This document shows, piece after piece, positions 25,178-36,700 of a stretch of DNA of 64,000 bases. The notes beneath the pieces were generated by a model. The model did no database searches, was not told where the DNA came from, and saw only the letters and a list, made by a program, of their open reading frames with translations. Position numbers and translations under genes: made by a program. The stretch covers positions 32,798,001 to 32,862,000 of the forward strand of contig CM114271.1 of assembly GCA_050084515.1 (NCBI GenBank). The letters are read 5' to 3'. This stretch comes from Blasia pusilla (lineage: Eukaryota). Position 1 is the first letter of the stretch, and every line of letters begins with the position of its first letter.

Positions 25178-25603
25178 TGTCACGAATGTTGGGATAGATC
25201 GGTGGGATCTAGCAGAGCGTCTGCACGAGTAGTGGAGGACAGGCCTAGGAGGTCGAGGATGGCCTGTTGAGGCCCAGGGAAACCTAAGAGAGCAGGTTTC
25301 CCCTTCGTTTCGGCTCATTTGGAGCCATATTGAAAAAAACTTACTATTTTAGGTAAGTACCATTTTGAACATATGATCGACTTTATATTTTTGGCAAGTG
25401 GCCCTTGACCTCCTACATCAGGTCAAGAGCCAAGGAGGTGACTTGGGAGAATAGGTTACCATGGAGAGAGCTTGGATTGGAGATATTTTGGTACTTCTCG
25501 CCTCTGTGTATGGATGCCATGAGTTAGCATGGGATTGTGTGTGTTTGTGTGTGTGTTCGATGACAGTGATGTATGTTGTGTAGCGATGTGTAAACGCACG
25601 ATA
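25178..25603 (+). repeat. Repeats A2 (25178-25475) and B2 (25476-25603)
   Basis: A2 restarts TGTCACG two nucleotides (AC) after B1 and joins B2 directly at GAGCTTGG|ATTGGAG. Confidence 0.95.
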
Positions 25604-25632
25604 ACTTAAAGTTTTCTCTTGTTTCAAATAAA

Positions 25633-26061
25633 CTAGTATGCGACCCTGATTTTGGGTTTCGATAGTTGGAGATAGGGTTTGGATAGGTGCAAACCTAACA
25701 TGGGATGGAAACATATAAGCATAGAAAAGTAATACGGCATGGAGTAACAAGAAATAATGGGAGTAAAAAGCAGTGGAGTATGAGAGAGAATGGAGTTACA
25801 CGACACGAGAACAAAGCTTCGCGGCATGGCATAACATAAGTTAAAAGGATAACATAAGAGGAGTTATACGGCATGGAATCACTAAGGTTTGGAAGGTGGT
25901 AACACAATGGATGGTCGGAAAATCATTCACATGGCACGGCGTAACATGATAGTCGAAACGCATTGATGGCAACGGAGAGTCCAAACGCATTAGCACAACG
26001 CAAGCGAGACAACTTGAGAAGCACATTAAAAGCTCACATTAAGAGGAGTGTAAGAGAGAGA
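25633..26061 (-). mobile_element. Small non-autonomous Helitron-like element (429 bp)
   Basis: On the minus strand it starts A|TCTCTCTCTTACACTCCTCTTAATGTGAG and ends ACCCAAAATCAGGGTCGCATACTAG|T: TC start, CTAG end, AT target site, weak hairpin. TAATGTGAG is shared with the 5' end of the element at 30632. Confidence 0.5.
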
Positions 26062-28049
26062 TCCATGTACTTGATTTATGGAGTTTAAAAAAAAACAATT
26101 TACCCTATACTAATCAGAAAACAAGAATGGGTAAGGTTGTAATAATTAGGTTTTTTTTAATAATTTTTCATAATAATAATATATTTTAATTAACTCAAAT
26201 TCAAACATCTTTCCCCATAAAATCTTCTAAAGTCTCTTTCATTTTTATTATCTTTTCTCATTTGGAAATTTAAAATTATGTTTTCAGAGTTCGTGCCAAC
26301 AAAGTTATGACAAAAATTAATTTAAAGTTTATTTTTGAGGGATAATTAATTTTCCTCGAGGGAAATCATGAAAAGGGTAATAGGATACTTATGGGATAAT
26401 AATAATTTATTAAGGGCGTTGGCTCACTTTGAAGATTAATGAATGAACAACACCTATCATGTTTATCCATGTACTGAGTTCCTGAAGTATATGAAGTGAT
26501 TTTCTTTTTTTTATTGAAAGATGGGGATTGGAAAAGGGATAATTTATTTTCCACAATTTATAAAGGAAAATATATGAAAAATTGTCTTGAGCCAAGTTAG
26601 TTGTATTAAAGAAAAAATTCTATATTTCTTTTTTTCCCCTATTTTTTAAGATTAAAATTTATTCACCATATGTGTACTAATTTCACATTATCATCCTCCA
26701 TGTGTGAGTCTTTCCATTCTAATTTCCCAATCATCTCACTTGGTCCATCGTAGGGGCAAAAAAATAACCAGTCTGAAATATAGCCTGAAATCCAGGCTTG
26801 TAACTTTTTGGTGGTAAGAAAATACCACAAAGCTAGAGAATATGTATCCCAAAAAATCATAACATAGAAAGATATCTTTTCGATTTTCTCTAGAATTCTT
26901 TATTTTATCCTAAACTTTTTTCTCATTCTTCTTCCCATATTTCAAAAATTTTAGGGAAGGTTTAGGTCTCTATTAAAAATTCCCATTTTATTCTTCTTAA
27001 AAGGCTTCTTACATTTCAAAGAAAAATTTCCTTTCTTGCATTTTCCATTAGTTTCAAATTTGAGCATCTTTTTCTTACAAACTCATGATTTTCTAGTGTT
27101 TTACATAGGTCCTGGAATAATAATAAGAAAAAATTACTTCCTCAATTTTTCATCATTATACTACTTTTAGCCTAGTATAAGGTAAAATTAAAAAAGCATA
27201 AGACGTGACAAGTTTCCCAACGGACATTTATCATAGTTTAAAAAAAAATCTTGGACAGGGTGGAGGATCTTGACAGTTTCCATGAAGTGTGTCCTTTGGT
27301 TTGGTTACCATTCCATGCACCTAATGTAAGCCAATTGCCATATTGCCCTTATCTATCTAGGAAGAGGAGGATCACGAGACAATAGGATTTACCAATAATT
27401 GATAGCCAAGGTTCTGTAAAGAATAGTATGATGTATTTACTCAAAATGTAATACATAAGATAGAGGTAGCAAACTTCTACAAAAATTTAATGTCAATTTA
27501 CAAACTATCATCTACCATAACTTTCTCCAATTTCTCTCTTTACAACTTGTGAAGAATGAGTCCCAATTAGACTATCAGTGTATCATGTGACACTAATGCT
27601 ATTCTAACTACATTCCACCATTCATGTTAAGAAAATCCGGCCCTCCAATCAAATGGTTCCATTAATTGACTTGAGGGTTGATCAACTATTTCATAATCAA
27701 GTGGTGGATACAATATAGTACTCGGTATATCCATTCCATATGTTTCTATATTTTGAAAATTCATCTTCCATTTCATGGAAAATTGGCTCCCTTCTACAAA
27801 TAATTGTGTTTATTCTGTTCTAAGATAGGTCAAACATGGAATGGATATCGCAAGATCCTTCCACCATCCAGATGTAAGAGCAACAATGTTCTTCTATTTA
27901 TCAATAAGGCACAGAATGTGGAGTTCATTTTCACCATCAACTTGAATTCTTTGTGGGTTTGATCATCAATTTGAAAATGGAATCTCATATAAAATATAAT
28001 CCAATGTATTCGGATCCATCATATTCTCCTACGCACTTCCAGTTGGAAT

Positions 28050-28310
28050 CTTCCTCTATCTCTCAAAGTATTTATAGAATTTATTCAAGAATGGTATTTG
28101 ATAGCCGTACTTCTAAGGATTGAGATGAATATTCCCATAAGTAGTGAAGATGAAAAACACACGAACACATGCAAGGACTTGAATGCGGAACCAATCCAAT
28201 CAACTCAAGACATGTGATACATATCTTCCACCTCAACTCTGACAAGTATTGAGTATGAGGCATGATTATCTTCCAATCAGATCCATAATAGACATTGATC
28301 TCCACTCAAT
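28050..28310 (-). pseudogene. Decayed RING-finger-like ORF fragment
   Basis: ICITCLELIG..CMCSCVFHLHYLWEY has spacing similar to the RING-like motif at ~5700. Confidence 0.4.
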
Positions 28311-30604
28311 CCAAAAGAATATGGATTCACCCTATAATGTCAAGGTATTTGTCAAACTTTCCGCAAACATCAATCTTATTCCCTATCATTCTCTCCAATT
28401 ATAGAACTCTTACTTTTGACTCTTGATACATATCCATGATTTTTTTGATCCCCCTCCTTAACCTTCTCGATGATTTTCTCATATTTTGGTTGAAATTCCA
28501 TTTTCACCTTCACCATCACCATCTTAGCTTTGATGTAGTTTTTTGGGGTGAATGATTCCCTCCATCATCCCGCATGAGGTATATCAATAAGTTTTTTCCT
28601 CGAGATTTTGCAAAATTCTCAAAATGATTACGGAAGGTATTCCAAAAGGATGCATCCTACATCGAGAGTCCCTCTTGGCCATTACCACTGCGTGGGTTGG
28701 AGCCAATTGTGGGTAAGTTGTTTTAGTGAAGAGAGATTCTTACGTTGTGGGGGTATGCTCTATTATTTTGAGTGGGCAAAGGGAGGGATGGTTCTAGGGC
28801 CATTTTGGTTGCGATGGATTGGCAACTTGGTGTTAATGGCCAAGAAGTTTCCTTCATAATTTCTCCCACAAAAATGTACCTACGTCCTAAGACGAGAATT
28901 ATGGCTTCCATTCCTAGGTGTTTGAAATACTGATGGCTCCTTACACTTCCTAGATCTCAAGATTTCATCTAACGCCCTAGATACTTAACTTTGAGTCCTC
29001 ACTCCAAGTCTCAATGACATTGTGCTCCAATCAACATTCATCCCTTGTTGCTCAAAGAATAATAATCTACATGAATTTGAATCGCACTTCCACTTTCCTT
29101 CCCCGCTCTCTTCCAATATACATACATTGAGATCTCTTGTCCCCCAAAACACTTCTCATCCATGAATCACATGAGTGAAAGGGATTTTTGAATTTCCCAC
29201 CATCCCATACCCTCTACATAGAACAAAGGACGAAACACCTTTGTAAAGATATATGGGATGGTGGGACCATGTTCCACGGAATCGTCTTCAACTTGACCAA
29301 TGAAAGAAGAGGGCGAGTCGTAGGTACAATGAGTAGAATGAAGAGATTTTTGCTTTTTTGTTTCAAGGTTTCTTTACTCTTGCTTATCCCTCCATGAGAA
29401 ATCTTGGCCTTTTGCAAACATCTTCCCATTTTCCTCTCATCCTAAAAATTACCCTAGATGATTATCGAGTTCGAGAAAATTGCGGCTTTTATTTCTATGT
29501 ATTTCACCCATACATCTTTACAAAGGTGTTTCTTCCTTCGTACTTCGTATGCTTAAGTGCTTTATTTATCGAAAATATTTAGATTTATCCTACTTGCAAA
29601 GTTTTCAAAAACTCTCAAGATTACTGTTAATTTGTAGGATGACTACGTACAACCATCAATTTTTATTTACATAAAATAACATACCGGATAGTCAATTCAT
29701 TATCTTCAAAAAATATAACTTGTTGCAAAATAATGAGGACATTTGTAAAAGTATGAAAGCGCAAAAATATCGACCTTTCACCTAATTTTTGATTAGTAAA
29801 AACTAAAAAGTTTGGTAGGTGTTGAATCTTTGGTGGGACCAAGCATGGGATGGTAAGTTGGACTCATAGCACAAAATATCCCATGCAAAGGAGTCCTCCA
29901 TAACAAGAACTAAACTCAATAGACTTAGCTAAGTCTAAAACCACACACTTTGTCTACTTGCAATCGAAGGTTCACAAGGATATTTGGTATGAAATTTCTT
30001 CCCTTCTATTTCCATGTTGAAACCATTATCTATACTATTAATATAGACATCCATCTCACAATGTTTACATAATATGTAAACACCTAGCAAGTTTGACCAA
30101 TAGAAGCTTGCCACTTGAATTTTAAATAATATCACGCCGCCAGTGGTGAGGGTAAGTACATCCCCGAGTAAGATCCCAATAATAGGTAGCCCGTGCCATG
30201 CAAAAAGTGAAAGGACTAATCATGTCGGACACAAAATATTTTTTTTGCTGTTCCTAGAGGAGGAAATATTTTCCTGCTGCTGGTTTGTCACATGTCAAGC
30301 AAAGAGGTGTTTTCTAATCAAGAAGGAACTCTCCAATAACAACATAGATGTGCATCTCTATTATAATTTGAGGAGGGGGATATTACTATATTTAGTAGCT
30401 CCCTTCCATTTAAATGAAGCCCTCCTTTAAAAGAAAATATCCTTTAAAATAGCAAGAACATTGGAAAAAAGTGGATGAAATTGATATCCAAAATTTTGAT
30501 AAACAAATCTAATGATAATGCTCGCCAATTTTTTTTATGTCTCAAACTTGGTAAATAATCTTTCCCATAGTACATTTGCCCATTTAGTAGTAATCCAAAG
30601 TTCA

Positions 30605-30631
30605 TTCGTGCATCGCACAAGCACCAACTAG
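30605..30631 (+). mobile_element. Helitron 3' terminus (5' end not located)
   Basis: Hairpin GTGC-ATC-GCAC followed about 9 nt later by CTAG|T (30628-30631). Confidence 0.7.
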
Positions 30632-33324
30632 TATATATATATATACTATAATGTGAGGAAGGGGGGTTTACTTCTTTTGGTTATTCTTTCTTCGCAAAGA
30701 AGTGAAGCCCCTCTACAAGTGGCCGTCTCAAATGTCCTCTTGTGAGAAAAAGTTAAAAGAGGTCTAATTTGAATGAGATTTTAAGCCATAATTTGAATGA
30801 GGGAGAAGCCTTATTTTTGAACGAGGGGAGAGGTCGTTTGATTTGCATCCCACACTTGTCAAATCTCTACTGAAAGATGAATCTTTTTGAACTACCTAGC
30901 CGTAGTAAGACACTTGTTATCTTTGACTGGCTTGAGGATGGCAAATAAATAAAGTGTGCTCTCTAACTTGGAGCAGACTCAACATTGTTGTCGAAGGAAG
31001 TGGTGTCTCAGGAACACAAATGGAAATGGACGCAATGAAAAATTAAAGGTGGCGAGAGAAACTGGAGGAGTAATCAGCCGAAGAGAGGAAGCATCAGCCG
31101 AAGATTTCGTCTAGAAATTAGAGCACAACTTGGTCACAAAATCAGACGCATTTAGGAGGAAAATACAATTTCAAGGTAAATCTTTTTGTGCTCTTTTTGG
31201 GTCGATGGGACATGGTGGTCAGGGACGTCTCTTGGATTACATATTTTTCATTCCCAAGATTGGCTTCTGATGATTCTTTCCACCAGAAGGCCATTTCAAA
31301 TTCTAGACGCGAATCCAGAAAGACAGGAATTGGAAGAACAATTTGAAAGCCCTGAATTTCTCTACACTTCCATTCCTAAATTGCCATCGCCAAGGCGTCC
31401 GTCAGGATGCAGGGGAGGGCTCACCTATCCATTACCCTCGGACACTCAAGAGCTGTGCGCATGATCTCCATGCACTGAAAACTCCTGTGGGTCTACCTCT
31501 CTCTCGTCTTGAATGTGTGGCCGCGGAATTTTTCCGGTAGCTATGAGCGTGCACATTGGGACACGCCATGAACACACACATTACAAGTAGTGCAGAGGAT
31601 ACGATCGCTCTACTTCTACACCAAACCTTCACGAAAAATCAGCGTTGCCACTGGGAAAGTGACTATAGCGTCCAATTCCATGTGTTTTCTCCTTCCGCGA
31701 CCCATAGCCATCTCTCTCTCCTGATTTGAATTTCAAAATTTGCAATGTAAGTTTTTGTCTCGATTCACTTGGTCGCACAACACATGTCCTCAAAAATTGG
31801 AAATCGGTTCAATGTCTCAAGCATGTAGTCATGATCAAGGAACGTTATAACTAGCAAATGCTGCTGGTCATGCTAAGAGCTCCACTACCCCAACAACCCT
31901 TGGTCTTTTGCTTCAATCATCAATGTTCAAGAAAACGCTAGAGAGAGCATCGTGCCCCGGATTAGGAAGTATGACTCAGTGAATCATGGATCAAATTCCT
32001 GATATTTCGATGGACTTGATTGATGTGAAACACGAGCAATGCGAATTAAGTTTCCAGGAAGAAGTGAGAAATTTTTTTGAGCATCAAGAGATGCTTATTA
32101 TCGATCAGCGTGAAGATCTCACCTTCAAAACCGCTTCCAATTTGGTTCGGATGTTCTTCCATTCAGATATTATGTTTTCGTATCTCCCAATAAATCCTTC
32201 GCCACAAGAAATGACGGACCAAGGAGTCCCCCTTTTGGATTCCGGCATAAGCCCCTTCAACACCCTCTCCTTGTCTTACCCAATTAGCACTTGTTCATGA
32301 TTGAGCAGCAATTCACGTTGAATTTAGCATAAGATCCAAGTTCAGATACTATTAGGAATGTCTGTACGATGCACACGCATTGAATTTAGCATTAGATCCA
32401 AGTTCATAAGGTCAAGTTTATTTGGCCGACACTCCGAACAAATCCGACCGTAGCAAAAATCATAGGAGCCAACCTACCGGGTGCACGCGAATGCGTCGAG
32501 CAAAATTGAGCACAGCAAGAGTCGCAGTTTCGGCCCAACGCCCCCACATCCACACCACCCGAGGTCGATACCGCGACCTCTTGAATGGCATCCACCTGCC
32601 CTAGCCAGCCTTCCACAATCTCCATCTTATCCCCACATGCATGTACTTTGTTTAAGTCCCTTGCTGTGCGTCTCGATTGTGAGTCTCTCGCACTCCCCAA
32701 CTCCTTCCGAAAGGATTTTGATGCGCGGCCCTGTGGGGGGCCAATTTTCTCGGGACAAATTTGTGCTGCTGAACGAAGGCAGCAGCACAAATGTCAGCAG
32801 CTGTGTCCACGCGCCACCTCCCGTGCACTACTATACAGATTTCTATAACAGCCAAAATTTTTTATCCATCTTCCATTTTAGTACAAGACGATTTTCAATC
32901 GTCTGCCTCATATGTTCATTTCCAAGGCAGAATTTATTGAATCTATTCGAGATGTAATGCAATCATCTCATCCCAGCGAACAGGTTCTTTGTAAATCTTG
33001 CCGCTCTAGCGTGCGTGAAGCTCGTCCGATCCTACTGGAAATCACCATCCGTTGAATCACATAATCTCATCTACCTCTCAGCAAATACCATCCGTAAATG
33101 CAGTGAAATTAGAATTGGTGGTGTGCGATACTTCCTCCAGCTGATTTCTAGCTTCAATGAATCCCCACCGCTTTCTCTGTCATCTTCATCTCCCTCAGGG
33201 AACCATCAAGAACTCTCCGATACAAAGAAGAATCATAATTGGAAATGTAGGCCACAAAACTGCTTCTCTCTCTCAGTTGCCGCTTCTCAGCTATGCGCGT
33301 GCATCGCACATACATTCCTACTAG
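30632..33324 (+). mobile_element. Putative non-autonomous Helitron (~2.7 kb) in tandem with the previous one
   Basis: 5' end TATATATATATATACTATAATGTGAG is Helitron-like but has no clean TC. 3' end has the hairpin ATGCGCGTGC-ATC-GCACATACAT then CTAG|T (33321-33324). No RepHel coding sequence was seen. Confidence 0.6.
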
Positions 33325-33799
33325 TATATGTAAATGATTGGAAAGTGGCCCTTCAATTTGCAAACTCCACTTTGAGCCACTAAGTAAGATAGTTGGCCTT
33401 GTAATAAACCAATAAAATTGCACAAAATTGACTTAAAATAACACTTAAAAATTATGAGAATCAAAACGGTCTCATAACGGAAGATAATTTAATCCACACT
33501 AGTCCTTCTTATAATAAATGTGGCCTTTTCAATGGACCATGCGTACTCTCTTCCAATGCGCATCTCCTTTTTCCCTCCCGTTAGACAAGATTGCTATTCG
33601 CGGACCACAACCTCCTCATTTTGAAAAAACAAAAAGCACCCACTGCTCGATCCCCCAACTACAACCTCCCATTCTGAGGAAGTACTCAATCTCTCCATGT
33701 CACTAAATCATCATCGTCCATTGAAATATTTTCTATTTTCTCCAAAAGTTGTGCGTTCAATCTTCCAATACGCTGCTCTATAGGGTATTAGGGTCTCAC

Positions 33800-36700
33800 C
33801 GTTAGATGCTTGCTTTGTAAGTCGGGACGTTCAAATATACGTACGACCTTCGGAGACCCGCGAATGGCTCCATGCCACGCTCGCCGGCCGCATTAACTCA
33901 CGGAAATCAGATTAGCTCTCCCTATTACGAATAAGTACGTATTTTGTTTGTCACGTCCGTCAGAGTATGCCATGAAGCTTCCAGATAGAAGTTTCGTGCT
34001 TTCTCATCGAAGATCTGTTTTCTCGTCTCCATACGCAATTCGGCGGTGGCCTGGTCCTGTAAGGCGAGGTTTAGCTTCCAACGGATTCACCACACCGACA
34101 GAGACAGCCTTCTTCTAAATAGGCTGCTTCAATTGCGTTCGTTCTTCCCTCGGAGTGGCTGCCTTTTTATTCCGCTTCCTTTGATCCGAACACTCCTAGC
34201 GCTTATGTGTCATGGCAGCTTATCTTGAAATCTGCGAAGGAGAGGAACAGAGAGAGAGAGAGAGGCGAAGGACTTGAGGTGATTGATTGGCAAGCTGCGA
34301 TTCATTGATTGAGCGGGAAGTAATCAATGGCAATGAAGACCATAAGTCGAAACCTAGAGTGCATCGACGTCACATTGCAGACGTATTTGGGTGCTAAGTA
34401 GGACTGCTGACCTCAGGGATTTTGTCCGTTTCCTCGGCGTCCCACGAGATCGCGCGAGAAGCCGACAAAATCGTGCTTTACATTGATTTTGTTTCGCAAT
34501 TTCGCACTAACAAGACTAATAATTCCTTTGAACTCGGTAGTTTTGATAACTCCCCCCCGTTCCCAACTTCCCCTTCGACATCCGTCGGTGGCAGGTCCAG
34601 ACGCTAATGGCTAATCTCAGATCCGGAAAAGAAGAGCATCCTTGAGATCTAACCTGCTCTTTTGACGCCGTGAGGTTTGAACCATTTACTATCAATGTAC
34701 GCTAAGCTTTGAAACCGTTCTTTTGTTGGATCCTGGAAATAGTATGTCGGTTGAGTATGTGTGTGAGAGACATCGAACATCGACGCATTGGACTCTCAGC
34801 AACTTGCCGCCGAATCGGCAAAGGTTGCAATCCAGTCACGCTGGCTTGGCTTATCCAACGAAACCCGCGAGTAAATTAGGTCACGACAATGATTGATTGG
34901 GATAAAAGAAACATTCGCAGCAGCGCTTGGGAGAACCAGCATATGCGGACCATGAATAGTCGTCAATCTGGCTTATGTGTCAATCTCTACAAACAGGACG
35001 GATTCGCTTCACCTACTGCAGTATGCTGAATCGTCAACCTTGATGCCTCCGAAGCCTTGTTGAGCAACGGCGGCGAGTAAATTGTTATCCTTCATCCGAG
35101 GGAAGGAGCTATGTCTGGTGGGCATCGTTGCAAAACGCAAGCCAGGTCGGGAAGGAAATGAGTGGGATTGCCAATAATGATCCCACGGAAGCCACGTTGG
35201 ATAATCATGCTTGCAAACAATGGGTACCAAGGCAAACAAGTGAATCTCTGTCGCAAAACCCTGCCCTGGAACATGGACATTGTGCTTACGAAGTCAACTT
35301 ACTGCTCCTGTAGAATGTTCCCGTGTGCCCCACTCCCCATGGAATCTTGCATGGGTTGAGAGAGGGGAAAAGCGTATTCCTATAATTGCTCCGCACATAT
35401 TTTTGCAATAGTTCCATTCCTACAATCTAGGTTTGCAACATCTCCACGTTCTTCTGTCTTACCATTGTCTTGAGCGGCTCCAGGGAAGTCTAAATTCGCC
35501 CGTATTACTTTGAAGTTTGAACAGTCTCCTCCTCATTCCAGACGTGACGGAGATCCGAGCCCTAATTCTTGAGCGTGGACTTTTTTTTGGCCACGAGGAG
35601 GGAATTCCGCACCTTGAAGCGCCGGTGATGCGTAGCCAGTTCGTGTTTTGACCATACCCTCACCTGGGAGGAAACTTTCCTGGAGTCTACCTCGGATTCC
35701 CTCTGCTCACATAGTTGGTTCAACGTCAGTAAGGAAAACACTGCCCCGGTCTAAATCAGGATACGAAACACCCAGCACCGCGGTCAATATTTTGACCGAT
35801 TTCTGCAACAACGAACAACTGAAGTTCTGAACTCGAGACTCTGTACTGTCTGCCTGCCATGTTCGAACAGCAGGTGTAATAATAGAACTCTTTGTTCTTG
35901 TACCTCCCATGGCAGTTCTTCTCCAGAATCTCCACCTTTGCCATCGCAGAGGAGCGCTCGTTAGCTGAAAATGTGTAGGTGGAAGTTCTATTCGAGGCTC
36001 GACATGCGGCAGATGACACATTGCTAGTCATACTGAGAACTCGGTGCAACGGCATGGAGAGTTGTTCCACATTTTGTGCGTATCACACCATCCGTGACAG
36101 TCAGACGGGGAGCTAAAAATACCGGCTTCACAGAGTAAGCATGCGTGGTCCTAAACTGACGAGTGGAGGGACAGAGGAGAGCAGCGAAGGAGCCAGACTC
36201 ACGAATCGGAGTGAATTCTGACGACTCAATTTTATCTCTCCCCTGTGTAAACCGTCCAACCAGGTGTATGACCGCAAGGCTTCCACAGGCACTAGTTAAT
36301 GAGTTGATGAGGACAGCCTTGCTCTGTGAACCGTTAGATGGCACTCGACGTGAGAACAGACAGAGCATCGTAATATCAAACTTCGGGAAAGATGTTCAAC
36401 TACAATCTGTAGACCGCATTTCTGTAATTCTGTTCACTGTTCAGCGAGTGGTTAGCTAGGCCAGGTCTATCCCTTCACGGGGCGTGGAATGTTTTGGCCA
36501 GAAGGCATCAGTGTGGAAGCATAGAGAGACTTTCACATCGGTATCCAGAGACGATTCTGCAGAAGGACAAAGCCTGGACGAGAATTTTCACAAAACTCCT
36601 CGGGAAGAATTATGAGCTGCATGTGACAGGAAGCCTCAGACAATTTCTTGAAGAATGTGGTTGTACAGCGCATTACCGAGGCTCGATGCCTCATGGAAAA

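Larger units (their letters stand above)
17495..25603 (+). mobile_element. Ty3/Gypsy-type retrotransposon with split direct repeats (A1-ORFs-B1-A2-B2) and 4-bp TSD ACTT
   Basis: Starts TGTCACG at 17495 and ends CACGATA at 25603. ACTT lies at 17491-17494 and 25604-25607. The empty site re-forms a local AT-rich motif also seen near 14750 and 26980. Domain order is PR-RT-RH-INT. Confidence 0.9.

Noticed and set aside
17495-25603. Classifying the split-repeat element as a DIRS/Ngaro tyrosine-recombinase retroelement
   Set aside because: It has a protease, a DDE integrase with an N-terminal zinc-binding region, TG..CA-type ends and a TSD. No tyrosine-recombinase motifs were seen.
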